Source: Eledone cirrhosa (taxonomy: Eukaryota). Taken from it: 64,000 bases of DNA. The position numbers and the translations under genes were made by a program. Location: positions 53,816,001 to 53,880,000 of the forward strand of contig OZ024749.1 in NCBI GenBank assembly GCA_964016885.1. Direction: 5' to 3'. Of the stretch, positions 41,883 to 55,535 are shown piece by piece; position 1 is the stretch's first letter, and every line of letters begins with the position of its first letter. The notes under the pieces were generated by a model that saw nothing but the letters and a program-made list of their open reading frames with translations, ran no database searches and had not been told where the DNA came from.

Positions 41883-42335
41883 TATACATATATGTATATA
41901 TAAATACACACATATATATATACATATATGTATATATGTATATATACATATATGTACATATATATATGTATATATACATACATACATACATATATATACA
42001 TATATATGTATATATATACAAATGTACATATATATACATATATATGTATATATATACAAATGTACATATATATATATATATGTATATATACATACATACA
42101 TACATATATATATGTATATATACATATACATACATACATACATATATATATATATATGTATATATACATATGTGTATATACATACAAAGGTATATATATA
42201 CACACACACCTGTATATATACATACATAGGTATATATATACACACACACCTGTATATATACATATATGTATATATACATATATAGGTATATATATATATA
42301 TATACACACACACACAAACCTGTATATATACATGT
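41685..42335. repeat. (TA)n/(CA)n/(TACA)n compound microsatellite
   Basis: Direct inspection. Confidence 0.9.
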
Positions 42336-42827
42336 ATGTTCTGTCAGTAAGTTATGAATAACTTGCCTCAAAAGTTGGAAGACAATTTCCATTCATTTTT
42401 TTCTTCGGTTTCTTTTTTTTTTTAAGTTTAAATGTTCTTCAAACATTTTTCGCTTAATATTTCTAGCCATATCTAAATATAAAAATTGTCACCATCGGAG
42501 AACCCTTCCAAGTGTGAAGTGAACGGAACCCCTATCTCGACAGAGAGACCTTTGTGGCAGCCATCTTAAATAGATTTGTTCAAACTGATAAAAGAAAGGA
42601 TGTACAGAACTGTTTACTTTATACATATTAAAAATTACTCAATGCTATGGTAGCACTTTTAATGTCCATGTTTTTGTTTTTTTATATATCTCTGTATGTG
42701 TTTTATTAGGTTTTTTTTTCCTCTCTCTCTTTTTCTTCCATCTCTCTCTCTCTCTTTTTTATTTTTTTGTTTCTCTTTCCCTTGCATGAAAAACACAGTT
42801 CTTTCTTATTCTTCTTCTTCTTCTTCC

Positions 42828-45800
42828 TCATACGACATGATTGCTACCTCTGTTAAGTTCAGAGGTGGCCGACTCTGGTAAGTGTGGGTCCACAGTAAGA
42901 ACTTCAATGCAGTTATCTTCGATATCACTTTCGGGGGGAGATGCAACTACATCTTGCATCATCGTCTCTAGTGGTGTTTTCTTCATCAGCGCAGCAGTAG
43001 TATGAGTATTAGTAGTGGCCCTTGTTCTGACAAGGTTCTCATCAGCAGAGATACCACCAACAGCTCCTATGTCTGATTCAATAACAGAGGTAGAATTATT
43101 CGAAACTGGTTCCTCACTAACCACTTCAGAATTAATAGCCACAGGACCTGATGAAGAAACAAAAAATAAATAAACGATTTTAAAAATATATAAAAATAAC
43201 AAAATCATAGCTTTTCTACAAGATAGAATCTAGAAGAAAAACAACAAAAACTGAGTTTTTAATAAATTGAGTTGTCAGGGCTCAATTTCCACTCTCAATT
43301 CTCTTTTTAAATCCCAGACCCCATTCACTTACCAAGTGGGGTGAACTCATCTGATCAGACCAAGGAAACAAGGTTCCCATTGGTCTTTCCATTACTGATA
43401 CTGTCTGTCAGTCACAACTCCTGGCAGAAAGAGCAATGTGAAATAAAGTGTCATACTCAAGGACATAATACATTGTCCAGTCTAGGAATCAAACTTGCGA
43501 CCTCATGATTGTGAATCCAGATCTCTAAACACTAAGCCACCCGCCTTCTACATAAACTTCTTAAAATCTGAGAAATTATTTAGAATTACAGAGCTTATAA
43601 ATGTGAGAAACCCCCAAATTGTAAATGAATAAAAAATAAAATAAAATAAAAAAAGGGAGCCAAACCTGAAGATTCTGTTCGATTATTCCATCTTGATGTT
43701 GAGCCATGGTTATCACTTTGAGAATGACCGAGAAGAGGGGTTCGTTCTGTGGGGGCTGGAGAAATTTCATCTGAATCTGAATCTGATTCACTCGCAGAAT
43801 CTTGGTCTCGAGGAATAACTCGTCGTTTGCACACTGGACAAGTCCTTTTGTTCTTGGTAAGCCAAGGATCAATACATTTGCAATGATAAGCTAGAAAACA
43901 ATACAAAGACAACAGCCAAGTAATTTAAAAAAAAAAAACTACAAACAAAGAACTGGGAATAACATCAGGGTAGAATAACAACTTGCAGACATTACTTGGA
44001 ACTGACTGAATATTCAAAATAACTGCTTGAAAATTGAAGGTGTCACCTCAGTTCACAGCTGCTATCTATATTTCATCACCAGCTTTAGATGCTGGGTGAC
44101 AACACAATAATAACATTTTACAATGACTAAAATGTCCACAGAATGTGTAGGAAGAAATAAAACTTAGTGTTTTATTTAAAAGACTTTCATCAGTGAATCA
44201 ATATAAGGTTCTTTTCTCTTCCATGCCAGAAAGTTTTAAGCATTCATTGGCCATCTTACAAGGTCAACTAGTATTTGGAACAGAAAATTATTACAAATTT
44301 TTTTTTTTTTTAAATCTAGGATATGAAAAATTTCACATTGATAATTTTGTATAATAGGACGAGAGGTGATACCAGGTAGGTTTATAATCAAGAGTATTAA
44401 GACTATAATTACCATGGGCACATGGTAAAACTCTGAGTTTGTCTCCTTCTTCATACTCATCTAAACAAATAGCACAAACATCATAGGATTCGCCTGAAAA
44501 TCAGAAAGGAAAAAAATTAATATTCACAGAAATAATAGAAGTTATTCAATTTATTTACTTGATATTAAATAATGTAATTATGAACCTGAACTAAAGAAGA
44601 GAAACAGTTTTATTAACCCTTTCTATATTATATTGGCTGTAATCAGTAGAGCATCGGACAAGGTTTGCAGCATATATTTACATTCCTTTATATTCTGAGT
44701 TCAAATCCTGCTGAAGTTAGCTTTGCCTTTCATCCTTACAGAATCGATGATCGATAAAATAAAGTACCAGTAACACACTGGTGTTGATTTAATTGACTTC
44801 CCCTACCTCCAAAATTGTTGGCCTTGTCCCTAAAAATCAGAAACTATTATATTTCTGATAAAATACACTCCTTACTGTTCCCATCCTTTGTCTTTACACC
44901 TGTACATGCCCTCCTAGATACTGGCTAGGAAGATATGGGCTTCAATTCCTCATACCGGCCAATGGCAACTTCTTTTTCTGTCTTAACCCTTTACATTACA
45001 TTTACTTTTGTATTTTCACGGTGAAGGCTTTATCTTACATAATTATCTCACATAATATTGAATCTATGAAATGTTGATATCTATTTTGAGAACAATACCT
45101 TGACATAAGTATGAGAGGCTGGTTACAGCAGGTTAGAACAGAAAGAGGTGAGAGAATTCTGGCCAGAGACGACCGGTTTAAATGCTAAAGTGTTAAGGGT
45201 CTCCACCTTATTTTATAAAATCTCATATGACCACATCATACTATTAACTTCATATTCTCGGCCCTTAGCGTCCAAGAGATGAGCTACATATCCAAACTTT
45301 ATTATTTAGATTTAAATTAATTTTGAAAACAGTGAAAGTTTATTAAAATTTAAAAAAAAAAAAAAAAAAAGTCACCTTTTTTGAATTTTTTCACAGGTAT
45401 TTTTTTCAGGTGTCTACTGGGAAGACGAGACCGATGTCTTCTTGCAACATTTCGGCATGATCTTCCCATCTGAAATACAAAATTTTAACGAAAATATTCC
45501 CATGGTTTTATTTCTTTTATTTATAGTTATAATGAAAGTGCTTAAGTGCACTACAACTCATCAAAGGTGCATATATAGTAGATAGAAGATATGAATATTA
45601 AATTAGCACCATTTAATGCCTGCCTTTCTCCATGCTAGCATTTCTTGAGCAAGTCGACAGTCTGAGATTAGACTGTTTGGAGAACCATATATTGCCTATA
45701 TTCCATATTTGGCATAGTTTCTATGGCTAGATGCTCTTTGCTCTTCCAAATCCAAAAATGGCGAAAGGGGTAGATTCATTTTATCACAACACCATGCTGC

Positions 45801-48800
45801 AAGGCTGCATGTAAAAAAATTCTTCATTGAAATTCTTTAGAGAAAGAATACAAAAAAAATCTATCAGTAACTGTTAGCAACTCTCAAAGACCCAGCTGTA
45901 GAACCCATGCCAAAGACATGTCCCCACCTCCCCTCACATCCAGTTTAGTCTTGGACTATGATAAGTCATCTCACCGATACTAGCATGGAAAATAGACATA
46001 TGATGATGGTGATGATATAAATTTCACCATTATATATTATGTAATTTCTCTATTATATAACTCTGTATCTGCAATAATATAGAATTACATAACCTAAATA
46101 TTATATACAATATATACTTGTGTATATATAATCTACATATCATATACCTGTGTATATTATATAGTTATATAACCTAAATATTATATACAATATATACTTG
46201 TGTATATCATCATCATTATAGGTATATACTGTATTATACACCACATATACTTGTGTATATTATCTAGATGTATAATTTAAATATGATATACCACATATAC
46301 TTGTGTATAATATCCAGGTATATAATCTAAATATCTAATTCACCCAGCAAGAGTCTGGGATTTTGTCACATTGTAATAAATAAAATAATAATTAAAATAA
46401 AGATAATGATATAAAATAACAAAATAAGTAAAAAAAAGGAAACTAAAAGGCAGAGACATATATGGAGGATGGGAGCTATATAAAGGGCTGCAAGGTACTC
46501 ACAGTGAATGGAACCCGTAGAAGGGAAAGTCCTAGGAAAATGGGAGGAAATGGTGAAGACTAACACATCAAGAAGTGAAACCTCATTATGGAAATGTCAA
46601 AGAAATGTAATGATAGACAACATGCCAACACTTACTGCACCCCACCACCCATATTGCCCATGTAAATAGGATTAGCACTCTTCCTCTTCATGTCTACCAA
46701 ATCCCTCTCATACTCACTGCAGCACTATAATACCTATATAACAGGAGCTATCTTTAGTCATGTCCGTACTAACATCCCTAGACACCAACCCCCTTATTAG
46801 TCCACTTTTATACTGCCACATCCTGTAGCACTGTGGTTATCTAATCCAATCCAATTGGAGAAACCTTTCACTAGTTTGACCTCCACTGCTTTCTGTTTGG
46901 TTTTGGTCATATGAGGAATGTAGCTATACTCACACACGTACATATACATCCAATGCAGAGCCTTCTCACTCCTGTTGGAAGAACCCCTTTCCTGGTTGAC
47001 TGCCACCGTTTTGGGTCAGAAACTATTATAATTTTACTTTAGAAATGTTTCTCAAGTAATATTTTAAATACCAGCTTACTAATGAAAAACTTAAGATATT
47101 TTATTAAATTCCTCCAATGTTTGATTATTTCTAAAATTAATTGACATACATAGGCGGTGTAGAGCCCTGCCCACGAGGAAAGAACAATCTACTCCTGAAG
47201 TTCAGGTCATGTTACCCACATCACCAGAAGTCCATTTACTGCTGACCAGTTCAATAAGTCCGCAGTAAAGGACCACCGTCAACAGCTCCAGGCAATGCTC
47301 TACAGCAGTGTATTTCATTATTAGAGATATGGTAATGAAAAGGTTAACCTTTTCATTACCATATCTCTAATAATGAAATACAGTGAAAACCAGCAACAGC
47401 AGCCATTGTTGTTTTATTGAGAAGGACATGATGGCCCGAGGAGATTGTAAAGAGTATTATGATAATCTCATAAGATTATAGACTTTAATGGTGCTATTGT
47501 AATATAGATATATTTAGGTTTAGATTATATGATAGAGGAGGGGAGAGAGACAGAGGGGGAGAGAAAGAGAGATGATGTGTATAGAAAGGTAGTGGTAAGA
47601 ATGAGGGGAGTAGAGTGGAAGGAAGGTGTGTGGGAGAAGGGGGGGGGGGGGCTAAATAGATTAAAAGAAGACATCGTGAATGTGCAAGGGAAATAACTAC
47701 AGCAGCAACAGAAGTACATAGCTTGCTAGTGGTGCTACATCATTGCCATCAACACCAACACCATCATTATCATTAGGAACACACAGCACGAGAGCGAAGG
47801 GAAGGAGGGATAATGGTGGTGGCAGTGGTAGTATTAGTGACAGCCATAATATACATGAGAGCACAGCTTATGTAGAGGAAGCAGGATCGGTGTACAGTGG
47901 AGGGAGCAACAGCGATGGCAGAGTGTGAGGGAAGGAAACACACAAAAAACAAAGAAAAAAAAAACAAGAAAAAAAACCAAAGAAAAAGAGAAATAAAAAA
48001 ATAAAAAGAAAGAGCAGTGTGTTGAAAAGCAGCTGGGTGTTTTAAGTAGAGGGTTTCTCGCCTACCTGACTTACCATCACAACACAGCCAATCATCAAAC
48101 ATCCACCCATCACAGCAGCAAATGGGAACAAGTAGTTCTTCACATTGAAAGGTGGCCGGGGATCAATTGTTATAGTGTAACTAAAGTAGAAGAAAGCAAA
48201 ACAAGACATTTACAGTTAAGACACACACACACACATGTATATATATATCAGCATTTTACGTCCGCTTTTCCCTGCTTGCAAGGGTGGGATGGGTCCTATT
48301 CAGCACAGCATCTCTCCACTTGTCACGGTCCTTCGTCATCTCCTCTATGAGCTTCAGTGATCTGAGGTCTGCTCTCACCACCTCCGCCCATGTTTTTCAC
48401 GGTCTTCCTCTGCTGCGTCTTCCTTCTACTGACATTTCTTGGCACTTTTTTACCCAGGGGTCATCCTCCATGCGCTTCATATGTCCATACCATCTCAGTC
48501 TTTAATCTCGCACATCACAACTTATCCCTCTTATATCTTATACCCAGTTTCTCTCTCAACTCATCTATGCTTGGTCGTCCTTTATATATATATATATATA
48601 TATAAAGGTACAGAGTCAATGTACCTCCTTGGAGCACTCCAGCCAGAAAAGTGACAGAGAGGAGACTGAAGTTAGCTGGACATGCTCACCGACGTTCAGA
48701 GTTGACACTGCACTCAGTGGCCCCGTGGGAGCCCCTACATAGACACTGATCTCTGGGAGATCAGGACATGACAGTGATGATGAAGGACAAAGACCACTGG

Positions 48801-48840
48801 AGAGAACTTGTCCATGGATCTCGGGAATTTTACCCACCCT

Positions 48841-48898
<58 letters not shown>

Positions 48899-49261
48899 AT
48901 ATGAGGAACTGCACTATCTAATGTGTCCCTCTTTTAAAAACACTAAGCAGCGATGTGAAGGAGATTTGGCTGCTAATTCTGACATGTTAAGAAGCCATGT
49001 CATGGTTCCCTTCGTTTATAAAAATGTACTGATTAGTTGAGCTTAGCTCGGTATTTATTCACTATAATATAAGAAAAGAAAAAAAGTCAATTAGTCCAAC
49101 TTACACATCTGCCCGAGTGTACTGATAGTGTTGTGACATATCCTCACCATTGTGCCATCCAATGAATACAGCAGGGATATTCACTTTATTACCAACTAGA
49201 AAATAATAAAATACCATTCAATAGAAAAATATTAATATATTAATATATATATATATACATT

Positions 49262-49293
<32 letters not shown>

Positions 49294-49663
49294 CATTTTT
49301 CTTTTTCTTTTTCCATATTCCAACGGCTTAATTTAAATGTACTGGGATTTAAACCTCTCCGACACTAATTTGCATAATAGACCAATAATAAAATTAGTAA
49401 CCTCACTATCTGGGAGCTTCCAACTGACATGGTCGCATTCTTTATATTTGTTTATAAAACTGATCTATATTATATTTTATCTGATGAAAGCGCACCATAA
49501 TTTGCTTTGGTGTCCTTGAAATATGTATAATGAAATAAATATGGTTTTATAAATATAGTTTCCATTTGTTAATATATTGTATTTTTACTCCAAAAATTTT
49601 GTTGAGTGCTTTATATCAGTTATAAAAATATTTGCTTGTTGTATCCCAACAAATTAAATATAA

Positions 49664-49722
<59 letters not shown>

Positions 49723-52700
49723 CTATAAAAACATGAAGTACAAGAACGTTTGTACTTTTAACACTTTCATGACCACATTTTTACTTTTTCAATTGATTAA
49801 TGAAGAAATTTTAGGGATTTACTAAAATTATTAATTATTTTATTACTAAGCTAATAACTTAACATATGGTTTTTATATAAAATTATGTTGGAAGATTTTA
49901 ATTTGAATTAGAAACCTTTAAAATGGTAACAAAAAGGGTCAATAATGCAGTTTCGTGTGGTACAGGGTACTTAAAAGTTAATAAATTACTGACACAATGT
50001 TGATAAATACTCAAGAAACTTACCAGCACCTGATCCCATGTAAACTAAGTCATCATTATTGAAATAATTGTGGACAATAGCTGCATTAAAGCCAGCATTT
50101 TCAGCATTAAGAACCTACAAAATATAACAATTATACTAATAATAACAATGACATTCCACAATGACTTCTTTATACTATTTCAAACTGAAAGAAATAAGGT
50201 AGAAGACAAGAATTAAAATTTATTCTTTCTCAACTAAAATGTTATTTTTTTCTTGTTTCTTTCTTTTTCTCCCCATTTCATGAGTCAACATGAGAATTTC
50301 TTTTCATAATTCACAACCTAACTACTTCCCCCACTTCACTCATCACAACTGCCAATCATACAGTACATACATTTGTATTTTGTCTCTTTCGCTAACAGTA
50401 ATTACAGTCACATGGTCATCACTGCTTGTCTCATCATCTCCACCCCCGCCCACCCTGTTCCCCCCCCCCCCCCCACATTTCAATGGTGTCAATGTTGTAA
50501 CTCAGCACTAATAACTATAATTAACTCACACACAGATTGAGGCCAATGTGAAGCTGGGATATTACTCAAATCAATATGCTCAATTACAAACTTATAACTT
50601 GAAACAGAGGTTGTGAGTTTGATTCTCAGACCAGGTGATGTGTTGTGTCCTTGAGCAAGACACTTTATTTCACATTGCTCCAGTTCACTCAGCTGTAGAA
50701 ATGAGTTGTGATGTGACTGGTGCCAAGTTGTAGTGGCCTTAGTGTGGGGTATATATGTTACACACAACAACACAAATAAACCTGAAATATTTGTTCAGCC
50801 ATTAAGTAAGATTTGATGAAGGCCAATAAAGAATTTCTCACCTTTTCCGAGAATTCGCAGTGATTATGTGTACGGGCGACAAGGGCAATCCATAAGGTAG
50901 CGTTATCTATTCGGGGTGGTGGTTCCACAGGTAAGCAGCCATCGGGGGGTACAACATAAATAAGGCGACCCTGAAAAACCAAAGACAAATGTTTTATTAC
51001 TTGTTAAAATATCTCAGCCCTTTTTCCCCTCAAATTTCATCAACTTTGCTCTTCTTCCAAATTTGCTGACCATTTCACTAAATTCATCATCGACCTTGTT
51101 TAATGTCCATTTTCCACGTTAGCATGTGGGTTAGATGAGTTGTCCAGTTGTGAAACAAGTCAGATCAGTTGACCGTGTCTTGCTCACACAGAACCATTTC
51201 TGGCTTGGTTTTAATGGCTAGATGTCCTTCCTAATGCCATCCATATTTACAGTGTCGACTGGATGCCTTTTATTCATGACACCAACACAACCAGTTTACA
51301 GTATGGACTGGTCACTTTTTGACGTGACACTTATAGAACCACTTTACAGTGTAAATTAGGCGTTCTTTGTCTTGTCACTTTAGAAAACAATATTTATATT
51401 CATTCAATGTTTTATGGAAGAGTCTCCTTTCAACTTATAAAAGACAAAATACCATAGAAAAGTTCAAACTACCTTGATGCCCTGCATTGGAATTCCTGGT
51501 CCAAAACTAGCAGGATAGTCTTCATATGTTTTTAGAATAGTACTAACTTTGTCTTTCTGCAAAAGAAATGGAATATAGTCAATATGAGAACATACATTTA
51601 CAACAAAATATGATTAGTTTACAAGAATGAAATATAATTCTTGCAAGATATATATATATATTTGTGTGTGTGTATGTATATATATGTTCATTTATTATGG
51701 CTAAGTCGTGAGCATTGTTACTCTGGAGATTCACCTCTGCATCTGATGATCCTGTGAGAGAGAGAGAGAAAGGGAGAAAGAAATAGACTGTGAGGGGGTG
51801 TTTGTGTAAGTGAACCCAGTAGAGCAACAAAAGTGATATATTTTTTCATTGTACTATAAATGGCAAAGCATGGGATGAACTGAGAGAAAGACTAGGCATA
51901 AAAAGAACCAGATGTTGTGTACAAGACAGAAGACTGCACACAGATTATTATTATTATTATTATTATTTAACATCTATCAATGTTAAAATGCAGTAGATTG
52001 GCAACAGTATTGGTTGAAGATCAGACATGTTTTATGGCCCTGTATGTTCTGAGTTCAAATGCCACTAACAATTGTACTAAACACTAACACTACCACTACT
52101 ACTACTACCACAAAACTCTCTAAATACTAACCACTAATCAACTAAATAGTTAAATCACAGCAGATTATTTCATACAATGAATTTCCAACCCTACCACACA
52201 AATATTGTTAAATGTAACAAAAAAAAAAAAAGGCACGAATAAATTTGAATAAAATTATTATTGCAGATAATTAAGCCATCATATTTTTAAACAAGTAAAA
52301 TTTGTAAAGTCTTCTTTTTTTTACCAATGTCAGATGATTTTAGACACTATTAGTCTGGTGCTATATATATGGTGCTTGTGTGCTTTTCTAGGGATCATTG
52401 ACTGGTGTAACATGAAATATAATTATAGACTTCCTACCACACAAACAAACACAAACACACTAAAACAAAAACAGTAGGGGGCGAGGAGAATCTATTAAAG
52501 AGGTCAGGAATTATAACAGATGGCTTGGTTTTTTTTTAGAAAACAAAAACAATACAGACATTTAATACAATAAAAATATTGGGCTACATCTGTGAAAACA
52601 AGATAAATTCAAAGTTGAACAATATCTATATATACACACATAAATATATATGTGTGTTTATGTGTAAAGCAAATGGGAAAAAAATACAACAGATGATGAA

Positions 52701-53513
52701 GTACAATGAAGATATATATCAGTTTCACGCTTAATATAATAGGAAAAGTCTTAATGTTCCAGACGCTAGTCCTTCGTCAGAAAATAGGTTGAGAGAATAA
52801 AGAATAGCAGATCTGTTCATTTTACCATATCTCTCTATGTATGTATATGTATGTGTGTGTGTGTATTTTTTTTTATTCATTTCATTCGTTGTGTTCATAG
52901 TGTTTGGCAGTAGTATATATACTGGTTGGATGCCCTTCCTAACACCAGCACCACTTTACAGCATGGACTGGGTGCTTTTGTTCATGCCACCAGCACTAGA
53001 GAGGTTGTCTTATTGGACTTATGGCCCTCTTTACCCCTCCATTTTATATATATATTCAAATAGAAGTTACACTGTAACATTGACTAAATGTAGTCTAACA
53101 GTGGGTTTATATGCCCTATTATTAGACTTTATTATTAAGTCAGTTAAGGGCGGTGGATTGCCAGTATTGGTAGAGGGTGAGACGCCATGCTTTGTAGCAA
53201 AGAGTTACGGCACTTTATGATCTGAGTTCAAATCCCGCCGAGGTTAACTTTGCCCTTCATCCTCACAGGGTCGATAAAATAAAGTACCAGTAATACACTG
53301 GGATAATTGCTGGCCTTGTGCCAAAAGTAGAAACAATTATTAAGTCAGTGTTATGGTGAAGCTTCTATTTCAAATCTAACAAGAAGAGTATATATAAACT
53401 GTGCAGTTACTTACCACAATAACATCGGCAGTAATTAAGGTAATATGAAAGAAACAAACAATGAACAGTGCATACAGTAAGGTGATGTGGTGGCCTATAT
53501 AATGTTCCAACAT
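42828..53513 (-). CDS. RNF13: PA-TM-RING E3 ubiquitin ligase, RNF13/RNF167 (godzilla-like), 439 aa
   Basis: Exons 53415-53513 (signal peptide), 51473-51556 (DYPASFGP), 50842-50970, 50024-50114 ([16 protein letters not shown]), 49105-49195 (IPAVFIG), 48075-48180 (TM), 45376-45469, 44413-44493 ([23 protein letters not shown]), 43666-43890 ([22 protein letters not shown]; ERTPLL sorting motif), 42828-43147; 1320 nt in frame, all GT-AG. Confidence 0.95.
44635..44850 (+). mobile_element. Nin-domain SINE
   Basis: gagttcaaatcctgctgaagttagctttgcctttcatccttac...gataaaataaagtaccag. Confidence 0.75.
44983..45195. mobile_element. piggyBac-type MITE
   Basis: TTAA-CCCTTTACATT...AATGCTAAAGTG-TTAA. Confidence 0.75.
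48250..48580 (-). mobile_element. RTE LINE 3' fragment
   Basis: Minus strand [37 protein letters not shown]. Confidence 0.8.
48604..48843 (+). mobile_element. RTE-like LINE 3' fragment between (TA)n tracts
   Basis: [19 protein letters not shown]...WEP...[10 protein letters not shown]. Confidence 0.65.
49475..49535 (+). ncRNA. Type I hammerhead ribozyme (family B, diverged) in a Penelope-like remnant 49296-49666
   Basis: ttttat-CTGATGA-aagcgcacca...tggtgtcctt-GAAA-tatgta-TA-atgaaa; the downstream 150 bp is homologous to 8748-8895 (reverse complement); antisense to RNF13. Confidence 0.7.
53148..53342 (+). mobile_element. Full-length Nin-domain tRNA-SINE
   Basis: A/B boxes, Nin core, attatt tail. 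Confidence 0.85.
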
Positions 53514-53799
53514 GGTAGATGATTTATAGAATGGAAACTGCAAAAAAGAAAAAAGAAAACAAATTTTAATATAAAGAGAGAAAAAACAAAACTTATTAGA
53601 ATATAAAAATATTATAAGATGGAAGATTAATTTTTTAAAATCTGGAATTTAAATGATAAACTTCAAAACATGTTATATAGGATAATCTTTTGAAATATAT
53701 TCTGTAAAATATTCTATATTTTCTGTTGTATATCATCATCACCTCCATCATAAATACTTATTTGCCCCTTCTTGTAAGGTTGAATGGGTCAACACACAC

Positions 53800-53830
<31 letters not shown>

Positions 53831-53836
<6 letters not shown>

Positions 53837-53930
53837 GTTGACTAATAATTCATGAGCATTTTTTTTAAACACTTAGGCAAAAAAAAAAAAAAAAAAAAAA
53901 TCGCTCAGGAATTATTACTCAACCTAATAT
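53831..53930. mobile_element. Mariner-type MITE
   Basis: TATTAGGTTGACTAATAATTCATGAGC ... GCTCAGGAATTATTACTCAACCTAATA TIRs. Confidence 0.7.
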
Positions 53931-54494
53931 ATTAATATATATATATATATATCATAATCTATAAAGCTCAGTGTGTGGTCATGCTCCTTTCTTATAGAAA
54001 TCTACGATATAGAATTTCTTCAATTGAAATTTACAATTCAGTATTCGAAATAGTTTCGATTGCGTCTTGGCACATCTCATTTTTTCAATTTCGCCCATAA
54101 TTACGCAAAAAATAGATAAAACTCAATATTTTACGATTTTTCTGTCATTTAAACTGCTAAACTCTTTCCACTACCATTCAAAATATATACAACTTCATAC
54201 TTTCTGCTACTTTCTCTTTCCATGCTTAATGGTGATACTGTCCGTTTTACTCTGTCATATCATCTGCTTCTCCTCTATCTACAACCCACACATTTTGCTA
54301 CTTTCTCTTTTATACTTCAAATTATTACATTTCATACGAAACGACAATTATTCAAAAGCAACAGATACATTTATTCAACAACAAGCGATAAATCTTTTTT
54401 AAAACCTCTTTTCCAAACGCATACAAACACACACTCACTTCAACAACAACAACAACAACAACAATCTGCCTTTTATAGATAATGATAAACAATA

Positions 54495-54771
54495 ATATCC
54501 TCTATGAGGTCACTAAACCTGCTAGAAACAGCAGCTAACTCTCCCCCATACCACACCCCTCCCTACTGTCTTAAATTTAGAAAACATATCTTCTATGAGG
54601 TCACTAAACCTGCTAGAAACAGCAGCTAACTCTCCTCCATATCACACCACTCCCTACTGTCTTAAATTTAGAAAACACATATCCTCTATGAGGTCACTAA
54701 ACCTGCTAGAAACAACAACTAACTCTCCCTCATATCACAACCCTCCCTACTGTCTTAAATTTAGAAAACAC
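54495..54771. repeat. About 92-bp tandem repeat, 3 copies (SINE-tail derived)
   Basis: ctatgaggtcactaaacctgctagaaacagcagctaactctcc...ctactgtcttaaatttagaaaac. Confidence 0.9.
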
Positions 54772-55277
54772 AGACAACCATGCAGAACAACTCCATCGCA
54801 GCTCTGTTGTTCGGCTGGCATCGTCTACTCGCGTGTTGCGCAAGTACTGTGAAACAATAAATTTAAACACTTTTTTACACAGAGATAATATCCATAGGCG
54901 AAACTACAATTGTCACTGCTGGCGCAGCTCATGCTTCCAGGTCTGCAATTCATTCACCCAGTGCCTGGCAGACAAAAAAGTGCTGCCATAAAATGGGTGG
55001 TGCAACCTAACTTTGGTAACTTAATGACCCTGAGCAACGCCGGGCTTTAATGCTAGTATATATATATATCATTATAAGAAAGCGAATGAAATATATATAT
55101 TTTGTATCATTCATGACACCCTTTACTTTGAGAGTAATAATAGTAATTGTTTCTACATTTGGCACAAGGCCAGCAATTACCCAGTGTATTACTGGTACTT
55201 TATTTTATCGACCCCGAAAGGATGAAAGGTAAAATAATATATATATATTTTTTTTATCCATCTTAACTCTTTAAGAA

Positions 55278-55535
55278 GATGGAGGCGATACGGAAGAGGA
55301 AGAGACTGAGGTACCAGGAGTTAGTGAAGGACTGTCACACCAAATGGGTGGACATTGACAGCCAACAGTTCGCAGCTCATTTCTTCAGCAAAACCTACGG
55401 AACTCTGGAAGCACCAACGAGGGCATCAAATGGCTATTACTGGAGAAAAGTGACAGGTGGTGGTTGGAGATAGGGTGGGGGTCACAAACTGAAACACCTG
55501 GTGACTTCAAGGTACAACACTAATGATGTGTTCAA
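55278..55535 (+). mobile_element. 3' fragment of an RLE-type (HERO-like) non-LTR retrotransposon
   Basis: RKRLRYQELVKDC resembles the RLE RKxxKY motif; 3' end gaaacacctggtgact..ggtacaacactaatgatgtg resembles HERO termini (from recall). Confidence 0.5.
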
